A DNA stretch of 64,000 nt from Octopus vulgaris (taxonomy: Eukaryota): NCBI GenBank assembly GCA_951406725.2, contig OX597818.1:37820001-37884000 (forward strand), in the 5' to 3' direction. Under the pieces are notes generated by a model. It saw only the letters and a list, made by a program, of their open reading frames with translations. It searched no databases and was not told the DNA's origin. How positions within the stretch are numbered: the stretch's first letter is position 1; each line of letters begins with the position of its first letter. This document shows positions 28,473 to 42,250 of this stretch, piece after piece. The position numbers were made by a program, and so were the translations under genes.

Positions 28473-29841
28473 CTTGCAGACTGAAAAAAGTGTAGTGAAC
28501 CGCTTTATCACTTATCACAGCCTTTACATCATGATCATGGCAGCCGTCGGAACTGTTCCATCCTCCACCTCTGCAACATCCAATAGCCGAAACCAAACCA
28601 CCGAACATTGCTACCATCGTCACCATCACATTGCCGCCGGTATTTCTGTCTAATGACACCTAGCAGAAGAATTTGGCTGTTGCCTCGTGGCTGGCAAATT
28701 ATATCTCCGCTTCCTACACACACAAACCGTATACGAAGATTTACCAGGTGTTTCTGACATTACTTCAAATTTTTAGAATAAACAGTACTTCAAACAAATA
28801 TGTTTTCTTTGGAATCAAATATGACAGCCCTGATTTCATCTGTATAAAAACTCAGCCAACTGCTTTTATACAGTACGAGAGAGTTAAAAGAGAATCCACC
28901 TCGCTACATACTAAATATATGGAATGCTTCTTTTACTTTTCCTTTTTTCTCTCTCTCTCTCATTCTCACCTTCTTATCATACCCACGCTTTCTCATGCTT
29001 ACGAATACTTGCAGTTTTATCTAACGAGGCAACATGATTTTGTAGAAAGGGTCAAAGTTGATACGACCATTTATAAATAACCTTTCCAGTTAGAAATTAA
29101 AGAAAAAAAAAGACATCAATTTTATTTTGATTACTCTATACATTGGCATTAGGTAATTAACTAATAGATACTTTATCATTCAATCAAGATCATGATGGAT
29201 ATGTTGGAATGCATAATTGTGGTAAATGTGCCGAAATGCTGTTTATCAACTGATTTCGTAGAAGAAAGAATTTGTAACAGGTTGGCAGGAGCATAAACGT
29301 GGCGGTTATCAAAAGACACCAATTAGTTTTCTATTCCATGGAAAGGGCTGGGTTTCTTTATGTTGAGTTAGACACAAATTTAATAGATACAAACGGACAA
29401 AAATGTTATCATACAACGTAGAATACAACTCAATGTTAACGATATTTTTATTGTTTTCTTTTCCACGGCTTTGTCTGTGTAAGAAGGGTAACGCCCATGA
29501 CTTTTCTCGTGATCTTCAAGGCAGGTGGGAGGAACTTATTATCAGATTAGGAGACGAAGTTCAAGTTGTTGCAATAGAGTGGAGTCTGTTAAAGGCACCC
29601 AAAGGCCAGGTATTGGGTTAACACGCACACACACCGGGACATTTCCTCTAATGGATTTCCGCATAGTCCCCCTTTACTAAATTACACTCACACTAGTCGA
29701 CTTGAGGCAATGGGGCTATGATTAAAATAGAAAAAAAATTGCCCCAAATGAAGATGAAATGAATTCATTTTAAACCAGTGATCATGTAAATAACTGCTAT
29801 TCGAACAAGATGACAATATTTTTAATAGAATATCGTTTTTG

Positions 29842-30275
29842 GGATCTTTTCGGTTTGAACGGCAGTTTTTTCTAGCGGTGTCATATGAAATTGTCACCCA
29901 TAATTATGACCCTAGTATCGATCTATTGCATTTCAATCTGTTTTAGGGTTAGGGTTAGTTAGGGTTAGGGTTAGAGTGGGGGGAAGGGTATCTTTTTTCT
30001 TCAGAAATGTAAATAAACCCAATCTGTTTCTTAAACAAAGGACATATTCATACGGCACAGAATGTTTTCACCTCAATATAAGTCATTGATTGTTTGAAAT
30101 TGCAGAAATTGATGAAAAAACAACAACAAATATCTTACAAACTATAGAATTTTCTCAATAAAGCCAAGAGAAAAAGATGTTTTATAAACACATTTCTACC
30201 AATATACGAAGTTTAAAAGTGTTTAGTTACGTGGAAATTATTAAAAAAAAACTGCCGTTCAAACCGAAAAGATCT
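29842..30275 (+). mobile_element. TIR element (MITE) with internal TTAGGG repeats, copy 1
   Basis: TIR GGATCTTTTCGGTTTGAACGGCAGTTTTT and its reverse complement; TTAGGG array at about 29943-29975. Confidence 0.9.
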
Positions 30276-30953
30276 CTTTTTTCTATTTTTATTCTGTTTT
30301 GTAGACTTAATCTGCCGTCATCCGATTACAAAAATTAATCCTTGATTGCTTTTAGCAGAATCTCTTCCGTTGCAATTATTCCGACCAACGTCCTGTTTCT
30401 TCCTTCTTTATAAACACCGGTAAAATGGGCCAGATGTTATCTTTCCTTCTTTGGCTAAGCTTTAAAACAAAAAGGCCATAACTAGATGCAATGAACGGCA
30501 GTAGAATTTTTATACAGTTTAATTTGTGCCTCGTGTTTCTGGGTTCAAATCCAAACGCCAATTTGACGAAGTACAATAATCAAATGCAAAATTTTATTAT
30601 ATTTTTAAAATATTGTATGACATTGGAAAATTTAATTCCGAATTCTATAAGATGAGAAAAGAAACAACTGGTACCCCCCCCCCACCCACACACACAGACA
30701 TTTTCAGTTTTAATATGTAAGATACACACACGCAAACTGACGATTTCACTGGTATCTGTAGAGTTAATACCATACAAATATAGCATTGTAAAGTCTATAA
30801 TTATCATCGCTATTAAAGTATGAACAAGCAAATCATTGAACAACATCGAGATAATATATAATCTTTAGGGTTTTTGTATGTGTGTGTGTGGGGGGGTTCT
30901 ATAATTTTTCTAACAGCACACCCATGGGTATATTTCAATATATTGCATAAGGA

Positions 30954-31755
30954 AGGCGGCGAGCTAGCAGAAACGTTAGCACGCCGGGCGAAATGCTTAG
31001 CGTTATTTCGTCTGCCCTTACGAGCTGAGTTCAAATTCCGCCGAGATCGACTCTACCTTTCATCGTTTCGGGGTCGATTAAATAAGTACCAGTTAAGTAC
31101 TGGGTGTCGATGTAATAGACTTAATCCGTTTGTCTGTGCTTGTTTGTCCCCTCTGTGTTTAGCCCCTTGTGGGTTGTAAAGAAATAGGTATTTCGTCTGT
31201 CATAACGTTCTGGGTTCAAATTCCACCGAGGTCGACTTTGCCTTTCATCCTTTCGGGGTCGATAAATTAAGTACCAGTTACGCACTGGGGTTGATATAAT
31301 CGACTTAATCCGTTTGTCTGGCCTTGTTTGTCCCCTCTATGTTTAGCCCATTGTGGGCAATAAAGAAATAAGAAACGTTAGAACCCCGAGCGAAATGCTT
31401 AGCGGTATTTCGTCTGTCTTTACGTTCTGGGTTCAAATTCCGCCGAGGTCGACTTTGCCTTTCATCCTTTCGGGGTCGATAAATTAAGTACCAGTTACGA
31501 ACTGGGGTCGATGTAATCGACTTAATACCTATGTCTGTCCTTGTTTGTTCCCTCTGTGTTTAGCCCCTTGTGGGTAATAAAGAAATAGGTATTTCGTCTG
31601 TCTTTACGTTCTGGGTTCAAATTCCGCCGAGGTCGACTTTGCCTTTCATCCTTTCGGGGTCGATAAATTAATACCAGCTGCGTACAGGGGTCGATCTAAT
31701 CGACCGCCCCCCCTCCCCAAAAGTTTCAGGCCTTGTGCCTAGAGTAAAAAAAGAT
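30954..31755 (+). mobile_element. Four-unit head-to-tail array of SINE family B (Nin-like domain)
   Basis: Repeated GAGTTCAAATTC B box plus GTCGACTTTGCCTTTCATCCTTTCGGGGTCGATAAATTAAGTACCAG. Junctions at 31187/8, 31370/1 and 31588/9. Confidence 0.9.
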
Positions 31756-32228
31756 ATTTAATATGAAGAACAAAGTCAATAAAATTTTGAAGTTACTATA
31801 AAAAGATTTAGTTTCACCTCCTTTTTTAGCCCGCTTTCTGGGAATACAAGGAACTAACTTACTTGGCAACTACCAGGAAATTGTTACTAAAGAAAGGGGA
31901 AATGAAACAAACATCTAATGAGGAATCCACTTAAGCAAAAAAAAAGAAAGAAAGAATGCAAGGAAGAAAGAAAGGAAGGGAATATAACTAAGGGGAAGAA
32001 AACGAAGAAAACGAAACCCATAAAAGGGTGATGTTTTGGTAATACGTATATAAGCTTGTAGACATTCCAGTGTGACGAAAACACTGAAAGATAAATGAGG
32101 AAGAGAGTGCGGCAGGTGAATAATAGTTAGCTTCCTCGTCTAGCTTTAGATTTTTGAAACCGAGCCAACTGCTTGGCATTACATGACTAGGCTGGTGTAC
32201 ATAGTTGATATCAAACTATCTCTCTCTT

Positions 32229-32284
<56 letters not shown>

Positions 32285-33049
32285 AATTCTGAACTGTTGG
32301 CCTTTTACCTCAATCAAATCTCCTATCCTTCCTCGGCGTTGAAAATAGTTTCAACGATAAAATATTATATATCTTTTTTTTCCTTCCTAAAACTGTTTTT
32401 TTTTTATATGTTTGTTTGCTTTTACTTTGATTTTTTTTTTTTTTTTTTGTTTTGTTAATTTGTTTTATTCTATTTTCCCTTTTCCTGTACACTACTCCCT
32501 TTTGATGTATGCATATACACACAGGCGCATACACACAGGGAAATGTATATGTTAGTATGCAGATGATTGTGTGTGAAGAGCATGGCTCGTCAGGCTCATA
32601 ATCATGAGGTAGTAAGTTTGATTCCTGGACCGGGCAGTGTGTTGTGTTCTTGAGCAAGACACTTTATTTCACGTCCAAGGAAGGAAAGACGGAGAAAGAA
32701 AATCGCCAACGATACACACGCGCACATATATACACCATCACATATACATAGATGCATACACACACACGTGTGTGTGTGTGTGTGCGTGTGTGCGCGGACG
32801 TACGTTTGTGTGTTTATCGTAATTCCGCCTTGTCATGACAAAACCAAAACCCAATTTTTCCAACTCTAACTTATATTGCACAGAATTAACTTAGCTCCGG
32901 CGACGAGGTGGTGAGAATTCACTGATGTCCTCAACTCTGGGTTTTTATATGAACCGTAAGATAAGTACAGAGTGTAATACTAATCAATAAATGAATGCAA
33001 AAATATCGGAGTTATGTAAGATACTTAAAGTGAAATACGTAATTTAATA

Positions 33050-34480
33050 ATATCGTAGTTGGGTATGTACTTACCGCAAAATATATTGAGAACTGTTTGA
33101 GGAGTGGTGGTTGAATGAGAGTTACTGGCAGGATGAAGGACATTTCTATCATAATCCTCTACTTGAAGGCTGAAGAACTCATCCAAAAGTGTTTAATGCT
33201 TGTGGCCCATCATCTCTGTACAACTCAGTGTAGGAGTTGAGCGCATTGTAATCACTTTTAATATTTATGTTACGTTTACGACCTTCATCTCTAAGTGCTA
33301 ACTCTTTAGTAGTATTCTTTTCAATCAGTTTAAATGAATTTCGTAGAGTTTTTTCGTATTTTCCTCAGTATTCTCTGCTTGTTTTTGCTGTAACAGGGTC
33401 AGCTCCTCATTTAATAAACTTTCTCTATGAGGCACTAGCAATGCATTCACTAACACGGCCACGACTTCTTCCGGAAGTTGTTAGCTGCTGGTTTATCTTC
33501 TTTACCAGTTGCTTTCAAAACTTGTTTGAAAGTTCTTCTCAACGTACGATAAGCTATTACACGTTCATCAATTGGCTGGAGCAAAGAAACTATATTCTTG
33601 GAAATATATTATGCTCTCACATCATAAGAAAGGTCTATTAAGAAAGGTACATTGTCTAAAATGAGCAACGCTTTGTTGAAAATAATATGTACCTTTCTAC
33701 TGTAGGACAAAAAGATGGTTGTAAATCACTCTTCGAAAAGGCTCTCGGTCATCCAAACCCTCTTATTTGAAGGTCAAACCAGACGCAAATTAATCATTAC
33801 GTATTGAATTAATCTTTATGTAAACTTTGGGATTCTGAATCTAGTGGGATCCATTCTTCTCTAGGTCTGGCTACAGGTTTCTTCCAGATAGAAGACTCGA
33901 CTCTAATATTAGATTATTGCTTTATTCTATCAACCACCCGAAAGGATGAAAGGAAGAGTTGAACTCGAGGATGCTTGAACTCAGAGCAAGCCGAACCAGA
34001 ACGAATCTTATACGGCATTCGTTGTTCTAATGATTGTTAATTTGGATTGATGTATTGGCAGCCATCAAATAATATGAAGTAATTAAGATCTTTAATGTAG
34101 CACACAGACGTCTTTATGTCACTTTGATGTCAAGCTCAAAGTTACAGACCTCAAATAAGTTAGTGATAACATTTAATGCACCGAACAAAATAATATAACA
34201 CGAATGAGTATCACCCATAGCGAAATACTTTCGAAGAGAAGCAAACATACAACCGTTTCTAAAGCTGCATTTCAAATCACCGATCTTCATTCTCCATTTT
34301 TGGTTCCGCATACCTAACATCTCACTGATATGCCAAAATGTACAGCTAGGCATGCTAACAGACTTGCTTTTGCTAATACATTCTGAAGTACTTTTCGAAA
34401 TTCTGATCACCTCGCATTATAGGCTGACATCTGGTAAGTATGCGAGAAACTGTCAAGAATAAAGTTACCACGAAGTATTT
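33050..34480 (-). pseudogene. Degenerate pogo/Tigger-type (CENP-B/DDE_1) transposase
   Basis: Fragments ISKSTSECISKSK (HTH), NKRVWMTESLFEE*F (NKKAWMT motif) and LQPIDERVI (LQPxDQGVI motif). Interrupted by a SINE piece at about 33930-34020. Confidence 0.7.
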
Positions 34481-34916
34481 TATTAAAAGAGCTGAACATT
34501 TGAAGCTTTCTGTACCCTATGATATTCACTAAAGACCTGACGAATTTTTACACGGTCACTTAAGTTTCTAGAAACAACAGCTAAAAAGATATGTATTTAT
34601 AAGGTTTATAAATACATATCTTTTTATCTTTATTTGTTTCAGTCATTTGACGGCGGCCATGCCTTGAAGAATTATGGTCGAACGAATAGACTCCAGTATT
34701 ATTTTTAAAAGCCTGCCACTTATGCTATCGGTTTCTTTTACCGAATCGTTAAGTTATAGGGACGTAAACTCACCAACGCCGGTTGTCAAGCGGTGGCGGG
34801 AGACAAACACAAATGCCAGATCTGTAAGAGAATTTTCTTTAAAAAATGGAGAACTGGAGATTTTCTTTTCTTCTGATAGATTTCTGCCATTTAGATTACA
34901 TCGTAATATGATTCTT

Positions 34917-35059
<143 letters not shown>

Positions 35060-35283
35060 TATATATATATTCGCCGAGCTTCGTTCAGTTACTCTTCGAC
35101 AGAATCCACTCAGAATTACGAGTAAGATAAAGGACCATCTGCGCAACTCTTTAGAACATGCCCTACAGATGTATATACCAAAGCACTGCTTTATCGCATC
35201 TCTCGCGAATGTACTTTGACGAGAAGGTGTAACATACACATGCACGCATGCACGCAGGCATACGCAACCCTATGCATTTGTGT

Positions 35284-35367
<84 letters not shown>

Positions 35368-35640
35368 GTGCGTGTGTGTGTGTACCTATACCTTTTTTCT
35401 TCTCTTTTATCTTTTACTTGCTTCAGTCATTAGACAGCGGACATGTTGGGGCACCGCCTTCAGCAATTTTTAATCGAATCAATCAACCCCAGTATTTTTC
35501 TGTTTCCCTTCTTTCTATTCTTTTTTTTTAAATTTTATTTTGTTAAGCCTGGTGCTTATTGTATCGGTCTCTTCTACCAAACCGCAAAGTTACATGGACG
35601 TAAACACGCCAGCACTGGTTGTCAAGCAATGGTGAAGAAT

Positions 35641-35720
<80 letters not shown>

Positions 35721-36033
35721 GATGGGCTTCTTTCAGCTACCGTCTACCAAATCTACTCACATGGCTTCAGTTGGCCCGATCTATAATAGAAAACACTTGC
35801 CCAAGGTGCTACACAATGGAATTGAATTCGGAACCTTGTGACTGGGAAGCAAGCTCCTTGCCATACAGCTTTTGTGCATTCCCAGAGAATATTACCCTCA
35901 GCAGCGCTAGTGTTGGTATATTCGTAAATAAGTCACTAACCAAAATAAGTGGATCTATTGTTTGTGAGAATACTATTTACTTGTTTAAGCGTTGTATTTG
36001 ATGAATTGAGAAAATAACTAAAATAGTCCAAAT

Positions 36034-36338
36034 ACTAAGAAATAAGCATACTGAAAATGAATGGGTTATTTCCCTTGGTGGTTATATCCAGAAGGGAATG
36101 GGTTATTTCCCTTGGAAGCTTAAAAATTTTACTCCCACCGTTCACTCACGCCCAAATTTTATTCCTCGCGCCGTTTACCTGAACATTTTTTCAAAATCAA
36201 TTTGTACTTAAAACCTTCCCAGACACATAAGTAATGTACGTGTGAAGTTTAAGAAAAATTGGTCGAGCCGTTTTGGCGCCAAACGAGGACATACCCCCCT
36301 CACACACACACAGACATTTTCAGTTTTAATATGTAAGA
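36034..36338 (-). mobile_element. Helitron/Helentron-like element with subterminal inverted repeats
   Basis: TC start and CTTAG end on the minus strand, subTIR ACTGAAAATG/CATTTTCAGT, and a (TG)n tract near the 5' end. Confidence 0.55.
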
Positions 36339-36461
36339 TACACACACGCAAACTGACGATTTCACTGGTATCTGTAGAGTTTATACCGTACAAATATAGC
36401 ATTGTAAAGTCTATAATTATCATCGCTATTAAAGTATGAACAAGCAAATCATATTAATACA

Positions 36462-36811
36462 CAATGGTTCTCATCCGGGGTCCATTTGGCCCTTGAGGAT
36501 CCAGATAAGATTTTTGGGGTTCCACACAGCAACACAGTAAATTGGGGATCCACAATAGTATTGTAAGGACCCCTGAAGAAAGTTTGATTCAGATGTATGT
36601 ATTGGTATATATTGCAAGAAAGCTAGATTTCTTTCTCTAACATTTTACATAGTTCAACCTACGCAAGTTTATGTATGAAAAACAAGATGGGAATTTTGAA
36701 AGAAGTATCTATGAAACTAGTTTTTAAACATCGAATGACTACGAGGGTCCACCAGAATAAAATAGCAATCAAAGGAGTCCATAGGTAAAAAAAAATGGTT
36801 GAGAATACCTG
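36462..36811. mobile_element. hAT-like MITE
   Basis: Ends CAATGGTTCTCA...TGAGAATACCTG with internal GGGGTCC subterminal repeats; no TSD recognisable. Confidence 0.55.
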
Positions 36812-36959
36812 GTCTAGAGCGATATTCTAATTACTAACTCTTGTTAAGCTTGCTTGAAGAAATGGCTGATGATTTGGCTTCTATAGTGCACCGATTGCTT
36901 TTAAAACATAAATAGCACGTATTCAACTGTCATTGTCCATTTATCTTCATTTACTATGC

Positions 36960-37049
<90 letters not shown>

Positions 37050-37146
37050 GTATCAGGAATATTTGCAAGACTGAATAACTATTTTGTGTGTATATTTTCT
37101 TGCAGAATCTTTCCCGTTGTTAAGTTAAGAAAGACTAACTAGAACC

Positions 37147-37203
37147 ATGTCGAGGGCAAAGAAAGCCGGTCTTGGGGCCGAAATTGAACGCAAAATGGAA
37201 CAG
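37147..37203 (+). CDS. Myophilin/transgelin/calponin-like CH-domain protein, coding exon 1 (MSRAKKAGLGAEIERKMEQ)
   Basis: Acceptor ttttcttgcag ends at 37105. ATG at 37147 has an in-frame TAA 18 nt upstream. Donor CAG|gtaata, phase 0. The N-terminus matches the myophilin/MP20-type motif RAxKxGLxxEIxxK. Confidence 0.9.
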
Positions 37204-38133
37204 GTAATATATATAATATATATAACACATTTACTATGTAAAATATATAACACATTTACTAAATGTTTTTAAAATGTTAAGCTGTTGATATCTTGAGATA
37301 AGCTTCTTGCAGGAGCATGTATTTTATTTCATTGCTTTAATTATTATTTGAAAAATATGGAGCTATCCTTATCTTCAAATGAATACCACATAAAACATTG
37401 ATTATCCAAGTCTCAGATTCCATCAAGGAAATCCTCTCCGCGAATACTGCTGTATAATCTCATGGAAATTTCATGATCACCATATTTACTCACGTCCCAA
37501 GTTCAGAATTAAATCATAATACAAAATATTTTTCCCCTTCAATGTTTTAGCACTGACCCATTAATAAGTTGCATCGCAGTTTTCTCAGTTAAATCGAATA
37601 CAAAATAGTGCACCTTATACACTAATGAATAAGGTATATGCTGATATCTGCCAAATTATAACAGCATTTTCTGTTCTAATGTAATTCAAAAAGGGATATT
37701 CTTCACTTTTTCATGTAACAGTCTGTTCCTGGATATCAAAGCCATACCTTTCTAAGTGAAATAGAATGCGCCTATCGCAAGTCCAGAATCTGCTAATTTC
37801 TTTGTCAACCATTAACTTTTGTCTTACGACAATGTCCTTCATTTCTGTACATTTGTTAAAATTTTCTGTTTCAAGCCTGCAGAGCTTCTTTCAGGTCCCT
37901 AAGATTATTTCCCCTCAGTATATTGGTAAATTCTTCCTCAAATTCGAGGTTGTTCAATTTCTTCATGTGCATAACATGTATGATATACAAATTTCTCTTA
38001 TCGAAGGTACATGGTGCGGAAGATAATTATGGCTAATCTGAACTTGAACTTATTTTCTCCTATTCATAAAACACTTGTACAGTAAACACTTTATAAACCA
38101 TTATCTTTCTTTTTTCTTTATTAACTCATTCAG

Positions 38134-38223
38134 AGATACGACAAAGAAGAAGAAGCAGGCGTTCCATCTGCCATTGTTTCTTGGATTAACGGTATCTTTG
38201 AAGGTACCAAAAACCCTACCTGT
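38134..38223 (+). CDS. CH-domain protein, coding exon 2 (RYDKEEEAGVPSAIVSWINGIFEGTKNPTC)
   Basis: Pyrimidine tract plus cag at 38131-38133, 90 nt open, donor TGT|gtacgt, phase 0-0. Contains YD...WI of CH helix 1. Confidence 0.88.
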
Positions 38224-38801
38224 GTACGTAATCAGTTAATATATATCTTGTTGATTTTTTGTAGCATTTTTACCAAAAGGTTTACCATGCCATAAGTTTT
38301 CATACATTCTGTCTATACATTCTTCTATATGCTGATAGCATCTATACAAAGGGAGTGAGAATAACAGTGAAGGGGAAGAGTGCTTGGATGACAAAACAAG
38401 TAAAGGGAAAAAAAAGGGAATAGGGACAAAATATGTTTGCACTTCTTAGTTGATTGTGAAAAGTGTAAGCATATTGATTGTACCATAATTTGTATGAATT
38501 CAAAGTGTGTTCATTTCTAACTTAGTGTAGTAAATAATTGCTAACGAAGTATATTTCGGTCAAGTATACATTCAGGTACATACAGTTATAAGTTTGTGGA
38601 CGTTGGATTAAAGAGACAAGCTCTAAGTTTGGTGCGGTTCATATTAGATTATAATTGGAGAAGGTTAATTGTAGTAATGAGAGATTTTATAGAGCCTTTG
38701 TTAAAAGCTTTGTAGTACTTATGGTATGTATATAAATGTTTTTGCAAAAAGTTTAAGATTTTTTTATTGTGTGTTGAGTCATGAGATATTTGGTTTTAAC
38801 A

Positions 38802-39090
38802 TCTATTATATAAAATCCGTTCCGTCTGTCTCTGTGTGTGTCTTCTAGTATCTCGGGCATCCTCCATCCGATTGCGCTCAAATTTGATAAGTAGATACCG
38901 ACGGTATCAGAGCATGTATAAATCTTGAAAAAATTACAAAAGTCGATTCCAAGTGAGAATGCGATCGATAAAACCGCGAGAACGTGCATTTGTACGCGCA
39001 AGTACATCAGCTGTTGCGATCGATACTACGCGTACGCGAGAAAAATGCACGTGCAGTTTGCGCAAAAAAAGCCGGCTGGCTTGAAATAAT
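38802..39090 (+). mobile_element. Truncated Helitron-like 5' end
   Basis: A|TCTATTATATAAAA start followed by a GTCT/GT microsatellite and a CCGATT...AAATTTG motif; no 3' hairpin seen. Confidence 0.5.
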
Positions 39091-39204
39091 GCCACAAAAT
39101 GCAGTATATTTAAGAGACCAAAAAAGTAAGATGCAAAAGATATTTTCTTTAAACTTGGCATGAAGGAAGGAAAGACTATTTGGTTTCTCAAGAAGTTTTT
39201 TTTT

Positions 39205-40917
39205 TTAATAATAGTTTTCCGGCTGTATAAGGCCTCTACCACCTTCTATATGTTGTATATATAGCCTTTCTATGTCAGATTTTGGGTGGTGCATCCTAGA
39301 TCTTGTCATTATTATTCTTGTTTTCCTGTCTATTTTGGTCAGTTCATTTAGTGTCCAGTTAAAGATATTGTAGCTGCAACTTATAACTGGGAAAGCTAGA
39401 GTATTGATACCTATTAACTTGTTTTTAACATTGAGCTCTGTTTTCAGTATTGATCTAACTCGTGTATAGTATTCTTTCCTTATTTTTTCTTTCATTTGTG
39501 TGTGTTGTATTGTATCTAGTTCATTGATTCCTAAATATTTGTATGTCTGGCTTTGGTCTAATTCTCTTATTTCATTGGCTTTATCTAGTGTGATGTTGCT
39601 ACTCTTAACTAGTCTTCCTCTTTTCAAGGTTGCCTTGGCACATTTTTCTAAGCTAAATTTCATATCTATTTCATTGGTAAATCCATGTACTGTCTGTAGT
39701 AGTGTTTCCAGCCTTTTATCATTTGTAACGTAAGAGGTGGCTGATTGTTTTGCCGTAACATTTGTATCCGCATCCAGTTTTATTTAGCATGTCAGATAAA
39801 GGTGTCAGTGCCAAGCAGAAAAGGAGTGGAGAGAGCGTGTCTCCCTGGAATATTCCTCTTCTAATGGGGATGGCTTTGGTTTTCACGAGTTCCTCTTTTG
39901 TTTGGAACTGTAACACTGTCTGCCGTTTATTCATAGAGTGTCCTATGTATTTTATAATTATTCGTGCTACCTTGTTCATGGCTAGTGTTCCGAGGATCCT
40001 TTCGTTAGTCGATCCAGGCCACACTAAGGCCTTTCTTTTTTCTGTGGCTGTTTTCAGTTATGGCTTTATTGATCATTAGTTGATCTTTACAGCTGTATGA
40101 GCCCTTGCAGCATCCATTTCTGCTCTTATGGAAACAGGTCGTTTTCTTCCAGATGCTTGCTCAGTCTCTGCGATATTATTGCAGTAAAGGCTTTGTAAAT
40201 TGTAGGGAGGCAGGTTATTGGTCTGCAGTTTTGTGGTTTTGCCGTTTCAGTGGATTTGGGAATTAGGATAGTTTTCCTTTTCGTGAACAATTCAGGCATT
40301 GTCTCTGACTCTGCAAATATGTCATTAAAGTTTTCAACCAGCTTTTTGTGTGTTCCTGTCAGATATTTTAACCAGAAGTTGGGGATCTTGTCGTGCCCAG
40401 GTTTGAGGGAGTATCCAGCTTCTTTTGTGGCTGCAGAGGCTGCTGCATATATTATGTCATTTAGCTCAGTGGTATTGACATTTGTTTCTGTGGCTATTAA
40501 TTCCGTGACGGCCAGGTTCATGCTATTTATTATTGATGTTTTATTGTCTATTTTGATTTTGGGGAGGTATAATCGGTGGTCCATTCTGAGATCTGTGGTT
40601 TTCAGTTCTTTGATTATGCTCATTTTTATAGTATCATAATCATTAGGTTCCCCTTCATTGTTTCCAGGTTTTAGATTTGCTTCGCCTTCTTTCTCATTCA
40701 TATGTTTGTCAGTGGTATTCTGGATTGGTGCTTTTTGTACATTATTATACATTCCTACGGTATAAGTTTGTTGTCTTTTGTTGTTTACTTCGCTTTTGTT
40801 GGAAATGTCTTCGTGTTTTACTATCTCAGTGTTTATATTATTTGGCATTGCTGTGTGGCTACTATCTACATTTTCCTGATGTATTTTTCCTTTTAAATGT
40901 TCTATTTCTATTTCTGA

Positions 40918-40948
<31 letters not shown>

Positions 40949-41362
40949 AGAGAATATATCTTCGTATGTTCGCTAGTTTATTAGAATTCATTGCTGTATC
41001 CAAGTCTTTATTTAGGTTATTTTTCTTTCAGATTTTATATGTATATGTTGTTGTGTTTTCGTTCTTTGGGTAGAGCACTGCTGTAAAATAAGCGTGTAGG
41101 ATTGAAATATATTCCTCGCGTGATCGTTTATGCCTTTTTGGTTTTATTTGCGGGATATGAGGAGCAACGTCCAGCCCTTTATTTTGACGGTCATCATTTT
41201 CGTAGGGTACCGGTCCGTTCGTTTCGATTGTTAAATTGTTTTGCACGTGTAGTTTTTCGTACTTTTTGTGTAACTTCCCGGTTGTTTGAATTGTCGAGTT
41301 GTCATGGAAACAACCGAGTGTTTGTTTTAGTTTTGTCGAGTTAAAACGAAGGATTGCCATAT
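39205..41362 (-). mobile_element. R4/Dong-like non-LTR retrotransposon, internally deleted and 3' truncated, in the intron between coding exons 2 and 3 of the CH gene
   Basis: RT motifs RPITCLPTIYK, RRGIFQGDTLSPLLF, KFSLEKC, YKYLG and HHPKSDIERLY...GGRGL. The YMDD region is deleted. The 5' end abuts an (AAT)n tract. Confidence 0.92.
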
Positions 41363-41373
41363 AATTATTATTA

Positions 41374-41433
<60 letters not shown>
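41363..41433. repeat. (ATT)n tract abutting the 5' end of the R4-like LINE
   Basis: Direct inspection. Confidence 0.95.
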
Positions 41434-41434
<1 letters not shown>

Positions 41435-42250
41435 GGTGGTGATCTGAAAGAATCGTTAACGAGTCAAACAAAATGCCTAGTGGTATTTTTTCCGATTCTT
41501 TATATTCTTAGTTCAAATTCCTGACTTCACATTTTATCCTTACAGAGTCAATATAATAAAGTGCTTGTCAAGTACTGAAGTTGATATGATCGACTATATC
41601 CTGCCCCACCCCTAAATTCCAGGCCTTGTGTCTATATTAATATTGTTATTATGTATGTGTATGCGTGGAGGAGGGGGTTTCATGCTCTGTTGCAGCCACC
41701 ATTTATCGGTGTTCCCTACCCCTGGCGGATGACACCTTTGCACCACTGAGTCGACGATCCTCCAATCCAACCTAATTGTGGCTGCTTGGATAGTCGCTGC
41801 TGGTGAGGGTTTTACGAGGTCGGAGAGCAAATCCACCTCAACGTCTTATATGACACGCAGGGGAAATGCTGGGTCTATTTTTTTGGCATGCCATCCCCAC
41901 ACAGCATATTCGTATACATGTGTTATCTTAATGCATGAGTGTGTATGTGTGTGCGTATATATGATTTTGATTTTGATTTTGATTATGCTGGGGCACCGCC
42001 ATTTTGCTGGGGCACTGCCATTTTGCTGGGGCACCGCCATTTATGTGTTGTTTGTTGAAACTTCCTTCACAAATATAATTATAAGTATGTGTTCGAGTGT
42101 GTAATAGAACAAAAGAGCTCATGGAGTAACAAAAACTTATTCAAGTTCAAGAACGGGAACACTCGGAGACAATGCCCAAACATGTATTTGTTTAACTACT
42201 AAACTAATATGATAAATCATTGATATTTTCAATTCTATCGTAATTTTCAG

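Noticed and set aside
28480-28680. GC-richer stretch with short ORFs after a (CT)n tract
   Set aside because: It looks like decayed CAC/CAT repeats, and no consistent exon boundaries were found.
29943-29975. TTAGGG repeats as a telomere or chromosome-fusion scar
   Set aside because: They are short and embedded at the same position in three copies of a TIR element.
30954-31755. Regular repeats suggesting a CRISPR-like array or tRNA gene cluster
   Set aside because: The units are about 190-230 bp SINE copies without unique spacers, and the heads have A/B boxes but no cloverleaf.
37430-38030. Coding-like minus-strand sequence in the intron after CH coding exon 1
   Set aside because: Stops in the frames I read; at most an ancient LINE relic, too weak to classify.
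41987-42042. Three 19-bp tandem units GCTGGGGCACCGCCATTTT
   Set aside because: Local slippage of a SINE-A tail fragment. Similar trivial duplications occur at 4424-4488, 26518-26650 and 37218-37260.
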